From: Gemmatimonadales bacterium
Lineage (GTDB): Bacteria; Gemmatimonadota; Gemmatimonadetes; Gemmatimonadales; GWC2-71-9
DNA length: 64,000 bases
Direction of reading: 5' to 3'
Assembly: GCA_037189525.1 (NCBI GenBank)
Contig: JBBCJC010000003.1
Location: 416,001 to 480,000 of the forward strand
Positions 55,571 to 64,000 of this stretch are shown here, piece after piece. Made by a program: the position numbers and the translations under genes. Under the pieces are notes generated by a model, which had not been told where the DNA came from, did no database searches, and was given only the letters and a program-made list of their open reading frames with translations. The first letter of the stretch is position 1, and each line of letters opens with the position of its first letter.

Positions 55571-56895
55571 GCGGCCCCTCCTTGTTCGAATCGGAAAGCC
55601 TGCCGCTCCCCGAGCGGATGCGGCCGCGGGCGCTCGACGAATTCGTGGGCCAGCGGCAACTGCTGGGCCCGGGTCAGGCGTTAGGCGAAGCGATCCGCCG
55701 CGGCGACCTGGGTAGCACCATTTTCTGGGGGCCGCCCGGGGTCGGCAAGACGACGCTGGCGCGGCTGATTGCGCAGCACACGGGCCGCGAGTTTGTCGCC
55801 TTCAGCGCCGTGACGGAAGGGGTTCCCCGGGTTCGCGAAATCATTCGGGAAGCCGAGCAGCGCCTGATGATGGGGCGCGGGACGATCCTCTTCTGCGACG
55901 AGATCCATCGCTTCAACCGGGCCCAGCAGGACGCCTTCCTGCCCCATGTGGAGCGCGGTACGGTCACCCTGATCGGCGCGACCACGGAAAATCCCAGCTT
56001 CAGCCTCAACGGCGCGCTGCTGAGCCGATGCCGTGTCTTCGTCCTCGAGCCGCTGGCCGTGCAAGACCTGGTCGGGTTGCTCCGCCGGGCGCTCGGCGAT
56101 GTCGAACGGGGCCTCGGTGCGCAGGGTGTCGAGGCTTCGGACGAGGTCCTCGAGATCATCGCCACTCAGGCGGACGGCGACGCGCGGATGGCGCTCACCA
56201 CCCTGGAGGCCGCCGCTCGGCACGTAGGTCTCAAGGGGGAGCTGACGCGCGAGGCGCTCGAGGTGGCGCTGGCCCGACGGATGCCGCGCTACGACGCGAC
56301 CGGGGAAGAACATTTCAATCATCTGTCGGCGTATCACAAGTCGCTCCGGGGCAGCGACCCCGACGGGGCGCTGTACTGGATGGCGCGGATGATCGAGGGG
56401 GGCGAGGATCCGCGGATCCTCTTCCGGCGGGCCACGGCCATGGCGGCCGAGGATATCGGCCTGGCCGATCCCAACGCGCTCCTGCTGGCGGTCGCTGCGC
56501 GGAATGCCTATGAGGTCCTGGGGCCGCCGGAGGGGTACCTTCCGCTGGCCGAGATGACCATCTACCTGGCGACTGCGCCGAAATCGAACAGTACGATCAA
56601 GGCGCTCCATGCGGCCTTGGCAGCGGCGCGGGAGACGCCATCGGCGCCGGTGCCCGCGCATCTCCGGAACGCCCCGACCAAGCTGATGAAGGAGCTTGGG
56701 TATGGGGCCGAGTATCGTTATGCACATGACGCCCCGGAGCATTATGTGGCACAAACGTACCTCCCGGACGTCTTGAAGGGCCGGAGCCTGTATCAGCCTG
56801 GTCATCTGGGGTTCGAAAAGAAGGTCGTCGAACGGATTGCCCATTGGCGAACCCTTGGGGGCAAGGCCGAGCCCGATCAGGAAAGGAAAGGGTAG
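55567..56895 (+). CDS. rarA: Replication-associated recombination protein A (MgsA/RarA)
   Basis: PERMRP, WGPPGVGKTT, DEIHRFNRAQQD, GATTENP, KSLRGSD, EDIGLAD, HLRNAPT. Confidence 0.95.
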   Translation: MSGPSLFESESLPLPERMRPRALDEFVGQRQLLGPGQALGEAIRRGDLGSTIFWGPPGVGKTTLARLIAQHTGREFVAFSAVTEGVPRVREIIREAEQRLMMGRGTILFCDEIHRFNRAQQDAFLPHVERGTVTLIGATTENPSFSLNGALLSRCRVFVLEPLAVQDLVGLLRRALGDVERGLGAQGVEASDEVLEIIATQADGDARMALTTLEAAARHVGLKGELTREALEVALARRMPRYDATGEEHFNHLSAYHKSLRGSDPDGALYWMARMIEGGEDPRILFRRATAMAAEDIGLADPNALLLAVAARNAYEVLGPPEGYLPLAEMTIYLATAPKSNSTIKALHAALAAARETPSAPVPAHLRNAPTKLMKELGYGAEYRYAHDAPEHYVAQTYLPDVLKGRSLYQPGHLGFEKKVVERIAHWRTLGGKAEPDQERKG

Positions 56896-56911
56896 TCGTA
56901 TCAGTCGTCAG

Positions 56912-58168
56912 ATGATCGAAGTTGCGCCTCCGATCGAGCGGGCCATTCTGGTCGGCGCGCCACGGAAGGGAAGCCGGGATTCGGAGCAACTGGCCGAGCA
57001 TCTCGAGGAACTGGCCGAACTGGTGGACACGGCGGGGGCCGAGATCGTGGGCCGGACCTGGCAGCATCTGGCGTCGGCCAGCGCAGCGACCCTGATCGGT
57101 GAGGGAAAAGTCGCCGAGGTCAAGGCGATGGTAGCCGACTTGGGCGCGACCCTGGTGGTGTTCGACGAAGAGCTGACGCCGGTGCAGGGGGCCAATCTCG
57201 AGAAGGAACTCGAGGTTCGGGTGATGGATCGCGCCGAGGTCATTCTCGATATTTTCTCGACCCGGGCGCGATCGGCCGAGGCCCGATTGCAGGTCGAGCT
57301 TGCGCAGCTGCAGTACATGTTGCCTCGGCTGGCTCGGATGTGGACCCACCTTTCCCGAATCCGGGGCGGTATCGGTCTACGGGGTCCGGGTGAAACGCAG
57401 ATCGAGACCGACCGCCGGATGATCCGGAAGAAGATCCAGCATCATCAGGCCAAGTTGCGGGATGTGGCGCGCCATCGTGAGACGGTGCGGTCGGGGCGGC
57501 AGCAGATGCTCAGCACGGCGCTGGTGGGCTATACCAACGCGGGCAAGTCGAGCATCCTGCGCGGCCTGACGGGCGAGAAGGAGATCTTCGTCGAGGATCG
57601 CCTGTTTGCGACCTTGGATACGCTGACGCGTGAGGTGGAGTTGGGGCCGGGGCTTCGGACGCGGGTGACCGACACGGTCGGCTTCATTCGCAAGCTGCCG
57701 CATCACCTGGTGGCGAGCTTCCGGGCGACGCTGGAAGAAGCGCGGGAGGCGGATGTGCTGCTCCATGTGGTGGATGCGAGCCACCCGGAGTGGGAGGAGC
57801 ACGTCCAGGTGGTCGAGCAGGTGTTGAGTGAACTCGAGATGGCGGATCAACCGACGCTGCTGGTCTTCAACAAGAGCGATCGGCTGGAGGATCCGGCGAG
57901 TTTCGAGGCGCGGGTAGTAGAGTTGTACCCGGGCTCGGTGGTGGTGAATACGGTTGATCCGCACGGGTTGGATCGGTTGCGGGAGGCGCTGACGGAGCGG
58001 GCGCGCCGGCTCCGGCCGACGGTGCGGCTGGTGGTACCGGCGACGGATGGGAAGCGCCTGGCGGAGGTCTACCGGGCCGGGGAGGTGGTGGCCCGGGAGG
58101 ACACGCCGGACGGGGTGGCGTTGACGGTGCGGATGGACGAATGGAAGGCGCGGCAGTTCGGAAATTAG
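56912..58168 (+). CDS. hflX: GTPase HflX (start uncertain, see findings)
   Basis: LEELAELVDTAG, ILDIF..RA, GPGETQIETDRR, GYTNAGKS, LFATLD, DTVGFI, NKSD. Confidence 0.96.
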   Translation: MIEVAPPIERAILVGAPRKGSRDSEQLAEHLEELAELVDTAGAEIVGRTWQHLASASAATLIGEGKVAEVKAMVADLGATLVVFDEELTPVQGANLEKELEVRVMDRAEVILDIFSTRARSAEARLQVELAQLQYMLPRLARMWTHLSRIRGGIGLRGPGETQIETDRRMIRKKIQHHQAKLRDVARHRETVRSGRQQMLSTALVGYTNAGKSSILRGLTGEKEIFVEDRLFATLDTLTREVELGPGLRTRVTDTVGFIRKLPHHLVASFRATLEEAREADVLLHVVDASHPEWEEHVQVVEQVLSELEMADQPTLLVFNKSDRLEDPASFEARVVELYPGSVVVNTVDPHGLDRLREALTERARRLRPTVRLVVPATDGKRLAEVYRAGEVVAREDTPDGVALTVRMDEWKARQFGN

Positions 58169-58184
58169 CGGGGCACGCGCTTCG

Positions 58185-59192
58185 CTAGGTTTTCCTGCGG
58201 GCCGTGACATCTGCGATGATGTCGCGCAACCCGTCGCGGCGAACCGGATAGGTGAAGTTTGCAAGAATATGATTACGCCCTTGCCGACCCATGTCAGCTG
58301 CGTATGAGGGGTTGTCGAGGAGCCTGATCGCCGCCGTTGCGATCAAGTCCGGTTCTGGTCGTTCAAGGAGGATCGCGCCAGGGCCGACTACTTCGGCAAC
58401 AGCTCCTTGCGGATTTGTTACCACCGGCGCTTCGCAGGCGATCGCCTCGGCGATTGCAAGCCCGAATCCTTCCAGGAGGGTCGGTTGCAGGTAGGCGGCG
58501 CATGTCTGCATCAGGTGGATTTTTTCTGTTTCGCTGATGATGCCGAGGAAATCGATGGCGTGCTCGACGTTGAGATGCCTGGCAGTGTCCACCAGCGTCG
58601 TGTGATACTCTCCTTGTCGTCCGGCCATTCGGAGCCGAACGTTCGGATGCTTCTCGAGGATGGCCGGCATTGCCTCGATGATCTCGCGAAGGCACTTTCT
58701 GCGACCGTTCGTTGCGCCGCTCCATGCGACGTTGAACAGGAACGGCTCACGCGGCTGATTGCCGGGATGGTACCGCTCTGTGTCGACCGTACAAGGGACG
58801 TAACGGGGATTCGGAGCGCCGAACAGACGTGTCACGAGTTCCAGTTCGTAGTTCGATACGAAGACATTGGCGTCGGCACGGTGGAGCATGGCCTTGAGGA
58901 CCTGGCGTTTCCACCACGAGCGGCCGATCCCGGGGATACGTTCCGACGAGTAGTCGTACACGCCGGTGATGATCATCGGCTTGCCCTTGGCTCGGGCATG
59001 GAAGTAGGGTAGAAATGCCCAGGACCACCACCATACGAAGTAGAGATCGCAGTCCGGTGGGATGTCGCGAAATCGTGTGGCGGTCACTACCTCGTGACCG
59101 AGATCTTTCAGGGCACGAATATCCTGAGCGTAGAAATTGACGGTGACGAGAATGTCTTCCGAGGGCACTTTGGCAAAGAAGCAAATACGCAT
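58185..59192 (-). CDS. Glycosyltransferase family 4 (GT-B fold)
   Basis: FVSNY, VDTERYHP, EGFGLAIAEAIACEAPVV, GAVAEVVG. Confidence 0.88.
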   Translation of the reverse strand: MRICFFAKVPSEDILVTVNFYAQDIRALKDLGHEVVTATRFRDIPPDCDLYFVWWWSWAFLPYFHARAKGKPMIITGVYDYSSERIPGIGRSWWKRQVLKAMLHRADANVFVSNYELELVTRLFGAPNPRYVPCTVDTERYHPGNQPREPFLFNVAWSGATNGRRKCLREIIEAMPAILEKHPNVRLRMAGRQGEYHTTLVDTARHLNVEHAIDFLGIISETEKIHLMQTCAAYLQPTLLEGFGLAIAEAIACEAPVVTNPQGAVAEVVGPGAILLERPEPDLIATAAIRLLDNPSYAADMGRQGRNHILANFTYPVRRDGLRDIIADVTARRKT

Positions 59193-59365
59193 CAGGTTGC
59201 GAGGCTGTCAGATGGTAGTAGGCGCATGTAGCGGAGGCCACGAAGTTCCCGACCATGACCACTATATACCCATCGTGAACGGGTTGCCAGGGTGTCCCGT
59301 TCGGATAGTGTGAGGAAAAGGTAATGTGTCATGCGATCTGACTTCTTTGATGTGAGAATGACTCG

Positions 59366-60319
59366 ATGATCATGGGACGCCTGCTGAACCGGTTTGATAC
59401 GCTGCTCCGCGCCTGGCGAAAACTTCTTTTGGGAGCGATCGCAGGAGCGACCGTCGGCGTGGCGGTGTCATTTCTTGTTCCGCGCCAATACACTGCCACC
59501 GCTTCATTCATTCCGGAGTCGACGGACAGTGGCAACCTTCTCCGTGGTCTGGCTGGTGTTGCCGCGCAGCTCAATCTGGGTGGGAGCATGACGCCGGGGC
59601 AGAGTCCGCAGTTCTTTGCCGATGTCCTCACATCGCGTGAAATCATCGACGCTGTCCTGGCGCAGCCGATATCCGGTAATGACTCGACGGTACTGGATCT
59701 GTTCGTCGGACCTGACGACAGTGTCATATCTCGCGTTGAAGAGGGGCGCCGCGAACTTCGCCGCCACGTATCGGCGTCCGCCAACCCGCGAACCAGTATC
59801 GTGTCGATCAATGTTTTGGGGCCGACTCCGGCTCTCGCCACGGCCATTGCGTCCTCGTTTCTGAGGGTTCTGGATCAGTTCAATCGTAAGACGCGCCAGT
59901 CGCAAGCAGGCGCACGCCGGCAGTTTGCGGAAGCTCGGGGCAGGGAGGCCAATGACTCTCTGGCCAGTGCCGAGCGTCAGCTGCGACTGTTTGTCGAGCG
60001 CAATCGCATGTACAACGACTCACCCAGTCTGCTCCTCGAATATGAGCGACTGCAGCGTCAAGTCGCGCGGACCCAGGACCTTGCGACGAACCTGGGCCGG
60101 GAGTATGAGATGGCGAGGATCGCTGAGGCTAACGACACGCCAGTCCTCTCGATCCTCGACCGGCCGTACGCCGATGCCAAGGCCTCGGCGCCTCGTCGGC
60201 TGCTCTGGATGATTGCCGGTTCATTCGCCGGGCTGATGCTTGCGATAGGCAGTGCTTTACGAGCCGGGACCTATCTGCGCCAGTGGTTTCGGCCGTCGTC
60301 TCAGACATCATCTGAGTGA
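59366..60319 (+). CDS. Polysaccharide co-polymerase, Wzz/GumC-like (no kinase domain)
   Basis: TM1 plus PRQYTATASFIP, LTSREI, periplasmic coiled coil, ILDRP...PRR plus TM2. Confidence 0.82.
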   Translation: MIMGRLLNRFDTLLRAWRKLLLGAIAGATVGVAVSFLVPRQYTATASFIPESTDSGNLLRGLAGVAAQLNLGGSMTPGQSPQFFADVLTSREIIDAVLAQPISGNDSTVLDLFVGPDDSVISRVEEGRRELRRHVSASANPRTSIVSINVLGPTPALATAIASSFLRVLDQFNRKTRQSQAGARRQFAEARGREANDSLASAERQLRLFVERNRMYNDSPSLLLEYERLQRQVARTQDLATNLGREYEMARIAEANDTPVLSILDRPYADAKASAPRRLLWMIAGSFAGLMLAIGSALRAGTYLRQWFRPSSQTSSE

Positions 60320-60332
60320 GCATCAACGCGCT

Positions 60333-61589
60333 GTGGTGATCCGCCGGATTACGCCCGGTCGACGCGAGTTCCTTTACCTCGCGGCCTTTACCGGTTTGGT
60401 GCAGGGCGGTCCGCTGCTTTCACAGCTCGTTCTTGCGCGAGCTTTGGGGCCGTCGCTCTTTGCGCCGATTCGGGTGGCTGAGAGTGTCCTCTCGATTGCC
60501 TGGGTCCTTGCCGGCGCTGGTTTCGCCTCCGCCGCGGTCCGATTTGCCGGCGCGGTGGCCGTCGATCGTACTGCCCAAGCCGTTCTCGGGTTTGTCCTCA
60601 AGTCTGCAATTGTCGCCAGTATCGTGGTTGCCGCCGCGATTGCCGGTGCGGGCGGTTTTGCTCCTCTCTCTCCGCAGGCATTGGCCGCATCCCGGATTGC
60701 CTGCTGGTCGCTGGTCGGCATGGCCATCTCCCGAGTCCTCGTCAACTATTTCCAAGGTCGAGGTGAGCTGCATCGCATTGTGGTCGTTGGACTGAGCACC
60801 TTCGTCGTGTCGGCGATGCTGCCGATCATTGGTGGCGTCCTCTCGGGAGCAGAAGGCTGGGCCTGGTCTCGCCTGGGCGGAGAGACCATAGGTGCGCTTG
60901 CCTTGCTCGCGATTGCGCGAGTCCAGTTTCGCTTGGGGCTCGACCAGGTCCTGCGGCGACAAACGCTGCGCTACGCATTGTGGCTTGCCGTGTCGCTGTC
61001 CTTCGATCGAGTGACAGCCATGGCGGACGCCATCTATCTCGATGCGCTGGTTCGGGATCCTGAATTGGTGGGCCAATACGGTGCGGCCATCGCAATCGTT
61101 TCAGGCGCGCTCGTCATACCGGGGGTCTGGGCTGCGTACCAGTTGCCCCGTCTCGCGCGTGTAGTGTACGAACCCGCCGCGTTTCGAGCTGCTGTCATCA
61201 GGTGGTCCCGAGGGTACTTCGGGGTGCTCGGAACTCTTGGAGTCACGATGTGGATCGGGGCAGGAGTGATCGTGAACCTCCTGGTCGGACCCCAGTACTC
61301 TCTTGCCGAGCAATTGGTTCGAGTCCTTGCAATCTGGATGTTCTGCAGCGGTGCCTTGACGTTTTTCGGGACCTTGCTGCTCGCCTTGGGTCGTCCTGCC
61401 TGGGCCGTTTCGCAGAGTGCGGTGGGATTGGCCGTTAGTGTTCCGCTCAATCTCGTGCTCATCAGCCAGTTCTCGGTATGGGGCGCCGTCGCTGCAGCCT
61501 TGATCACGGTTGCCGTCCGGTTGCTGTTGATCATTCCGATGGCCTATCTCGGCGCGCGGCGCGCGGCTCTGGCGGGAGTCCCCGGATGA
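60333..61589 (+). CDS. Wzx-type oligosaccharide flippase
   Basis: Many TM segments, LARALGP, VGQYGAA, LNLVLISQFSVWGAVAA; start approximate. Confidence 0.8.
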   Translation: MVIRRITPGRREFLYLAAFTGLVQGGPLLSQLVLARALGPSLFAPIRVAESVLSIAWVLAGAGFASAAVRFAGAVAVDRTAQAVLGFVLKSAIVASIVVAAAIAGAGGFAPLSPQALAASRIACWSLVGMAISRVLVNYFQGRGELHRIVVVGLSTFVVSAMLPIIGGVLSGAEGWAWSRLGGETIGALALLAIARVQFRLGLDQVLRRQTLRYALWLAVSLSFDRVTAMADAIYLDALVRDPELVGQYGAAIAIVSGALVIPGVWAAYQLPRLARVVYEPAAFRAAVIRWSRGYFGVLGTLGVTMWIGAGVIVNLLVGPQYSLAEQLVRVLAIWMFCSGALTFFGTLLLALGRPAWAVSQSAVGLAVSVPLNLVLISQFSVWGAVAAALITVAVRLLLIIPMAYLGARRAALAGVPG

Positions 61590-63838
61590 TCTCGCGACCG
61601 GGATCGTACGGATTCAAAGTCGGCGTCTTCGGGTGCGCTGCCGTTGCGATCGTGTCGCTAGGCCTTGCCTCGGTGGTGAGGGTGGGGTTTTTCCCAATCG
61701 AATTGTTAGGCGCTTTGGTTGGATTGGCGTCGGCAGGGGTCATTGCTCGTCGCAGGGTCGAAGAACAAATGTGGGCGTGGATCGTTCTTTTTGTCCTGTT
61801 GATGGGTTACGTCGTCAAGTCGTTCGCTTTTCTCTTATGGACCGAGTATCTCGGGGGTGAGTTGGCCGAACTCGACTGGGTCAGAGTCGACGATGTGGTC
61901 AACGGCTTTTTGCCTATCGGTACTGCCTTTCTTGCCTTCGGGCTTGCCGCATCGTGGCTTGCACGGGGATACCGTAGTTCATCCACGACGATCAGTCTCC
62001 GGCCTCCGGATCACGGCGTGCTTCGCTCGGTCATCGTCATTGCAATCGCACTCGGGGTGATTACAACAGTCATCCCCTTCCTGCTCGGATTCGGAGCAAT
62101 GGGAGTTGCACACCAACCGCTGCCATTCAGGCTCGATATCCCCATAACGCGCATGCGGGTCACGCTGGTTCCTGCCGTCCTTGCCTGCTGCGCGTGGATC
62201 GCTGATCGGCATCGAATGCGGTCCGCCGTGGTCCTGGCGATCGGTGGCTTGGTCGGGGTTGCCCTGCTGGATGCTGTGGTTCGGGGCAGCAGGGGGAGTC
62301 TGGTGCTCTTCGTTCTTCCGGTGCTGCTGACGTGGATTGTCGAGGACCGTGTTACGCTGCAACGTCGTTGGGGCATGGTTGCGTTCGTCGCGACGTTCCT
62401 GGTGCTTCACCCGGTGCTCAGCGCCGTGCGGTATGCTCGCATGTTTGGTGACGTGGTGAGTGTCGGGGCGGTCCTTGACGCTTTACGCTCAGGTGATCTC
62501 GCCAGTCTGTTCAGCGGCGCATTTGTCGGAGCATCGATGCGTGTTTCCGGGGCGGACGGTGTATGGTGGGTCGGTTTGAATCAGCCGACGGCATGGAATT
62601 GGCAATTCCTGTCGTTGTTTCTTCAGGACGGGAAGTTCACTCAGATTTTCACATGGGATATCATCGGAGTGGCGAGAGAGGCCGATTGGCGAGCTCCGAC
62701 ACTGTTAGGAGTTTTCCTCTTTATCGGCGGCCTGTCCGCGGTTGCCGCGCTTACTTTCGCGTGGTCTGGGGTTTTGGCGAAGGCGAATCAATGGGTGAGC
62801 CGTCTGCATTCGGCACCTGCAGCACTCGGGATCTTTGGAACGTTCTGCTTGATTTGGGTGAGCGAAGGCAAGTTTGGTATTCGGGAACCGATTGGCCTGG
62901 TGATTGCCCTCATTCTGGTCGAGATATTGACGCGCTGGCTTTGCAGTTCGAGCCGTTCCACCGGCCAGCGCGATTCGAACACCGATCCTCTACTCCGGCA
63001 GAAGTACGTTCATTGGGTAACCGTTGGGGCTGCAGTCGGGCTCGTGGGCGCCGCGATAGGCAGCCGGCAGGCGATGGTAACGGCGCGGGTTCTCCCGCTC
63101 AGCGACGTCGTGCGGGTCGAGACCCAGGTCGACGTGGATCGCGAACTGGACGATCTGGGCTATGACGTTCCGCAGCCAGGTAACCCCCATGTGGTCGCGC
63201 AGCTAGCAAGGGCGTCTGTCGTTCTCGAATCGTCGGTGCGGCGCTCCTTGGGGGCTGAAGGGCAGCAGTGTGAGTTGTGCGTTCAGGAGGCAATCTCGCG
63301 TCTGCGGAGGAATTTACGGGTGTCGGTACGCGGGGCAACGGGTGTCGTCAGCTTTCAACTCGCGTCGTCCGACGTTACGGAGGCCACGTCATTGATCGAG
63401 GGCGTGATCGCGGCAATCGACTCGGTCGAGGTCCGGCGCAGGCAGGGGCAGGCGATCACCCAGGCTGACTTGCTTCGGCGTCTCGAGCATGAACGGGTGG
63501 AAGAGGAGCGACGTGCGGAGCGTACGCGGACAGCATTTCTTGACGCCAACCGCCTGATTGCTGGTGCGCCTCGGTTGGAGGAGCGCCTTCGGGCGCTCGA
63601 CAACGACCTGGTGAGGGCGAGGGACGAGCGCGCTCGGGTCTCGCGGTTTGCCGCCCAGAGAAGTCTCGATGCGGCGGATTCTCGCTCGGCAATCGCCTAT
63701 ATCGACAGGCCTGCTGCGGAGGATGGCGGCGTTCCCGGGATGCGGCTTTTCTGGCTCCTGATGGGTGCGAATTGTGCTGGAATCGCGTTCGGACTCTGGT
63801 CGTCGAGGTCGGCGTCTAAGCCGGGAATCGCCGGTTGA
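61586..63838 (+). CDS. Polytopic membrane protein (Wzy-like polymerase) fused to a C-terminal Wzz-like co-polymerase domain
   Basis: About 450 aa of TM segments with a GSRG motif and a loop region, then a TM-coiled coil-TM module alignable by eye to the Wzz-like protein at 59366; ATGA coupling to the flippase. Confidence 0.7.
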   Translation: MISRPGSYGFKVGVFGCAAVAIVSLGLASVVRVGFFPIELLGALVGLASAGVIARRRVEEQMWAWIVLFVLLMGYVVKSFAFLLWTEYLGGELAELDWVRVDDVVNGFLPIGTAFLAFGLAASWLARGYRSSSTTISLRPPDHGVLRSVIVIAIALGVITTVIPFLLGFGAMGVAHQPLPFRLDIPITRMRVTLVPAVLACCAWIADRHRMRSAVVLAIGGLVGVALLDAVVRGSRGSLVLFVLPVLLTWIVEDRVTLQRRWGMVAFVATFLVLHPVLSAVRYARMFGDVVSVGAVLDALRSGDLASLFSGAFVGASMRVSGADGVWWVGLNQPTAWNWQFLSLFLQDGKFTQIFTWDIIGVAREADWRAPTLLGVFLFIGGLSAVAALTFAWSGVLAKANQWVSRLHSAPAALGIFGTFCLIWVSEGKFGIREPIGLVIALILVEILTRWLCSSSRSTGQRDSNTDPLLRQKYVHWVTVGAAVGLVGAAIGSRQAMVTARVLPLSDVVRVETQVDVDRELDDLGYDVPQPGNPHVVAQLARASVVLESSVRRSLGAEGQQCELCVQEAISRLRRNLRVSVRGATGVVSFQLASSDVTEATSLIEGVIAAIDSVEVRRRQGQAITQADLLRRLEHERVEEERRAERTRTAFLDANRLIAGAPRLEERLRALDNDLVRARDERARVSRFAAQRSLDAADSRSAIAYIDRPAAEDGGVPGMRLFWLLMGANCAGIAFGLWSSRSASKPGIAG

Positions 63839-64000
63839 TACGTGTCGCACATGTGTGCTTGGGCTATGCTGCGACGTCCTTCGATGGGTGCCCGGGGGCG
63901 GATGGGCGATTACGTTCTCACGCCTGGCGCTGTGGTGGTGGGGCCATGGCGTCCAACGTGCAGGATTCCGGATCAGATGGATCTGGCAACGGGCGTGAAT

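Noticed and set aside
59193..59365. ops/JUMPStart element ahead of the polysaccharide genes
   Set aside because: No GGCGGTAG match; only a loosely similar GGTAGTAGGCG
63765..64000. Start of the next gene at the right edge (several open frames, including a TTG at 63835 overlapping the upstream stop)
   Set aside because: Too short and ambiguous to choose a frame or product

Overview
High-GC bacterial chromosomal segment. Gene content and protein style suggest Gemmatimonadota; that is an inference, not a measured placement. Almost all genes are on the + strand and tightly coupled. In order: the end of a nucleotide-sugar cluster; a TPR-TPR-bamD-nadD-secA operon; radC-relA/spoT; an EVE-domain gene; uvrB-tsaE-tsaB-rimI; ssb-LysM; a full tol-pal cluster; a single 1177-aa ORF joining complete TatC to a complete LptD-like barrel through an internal signal-peptide-like linker; a TPR/acidic protein, polyprenyl synthetase, DUF4321-like gene and tatA; a minus-strand SurA/PpiD-like chaperone; a TPR protein carrying 29 in-phase 21-bp repeats; aroQ-pepP-accB-pilT-accC-comB-ftsK; a small accessory patch (orphan ABC permease, decayed toxin-antitoxin remnant, intact MazF-type TA pair); yraN; recA-recX; alaS through hflX; and the start of a compositionally distinct polysaccharide locus (GT4, Wzz-like, Wzx, and an apparent Wzy-Wzz fusion). 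No rRNA, tRNA, CRISPR array or transposase was recognised. The best candidates for novelty are the TatC-LptD polyprotein and the Wzy-Wzz fusion. All product calls come from motif recognition by eye; no database searches were run.
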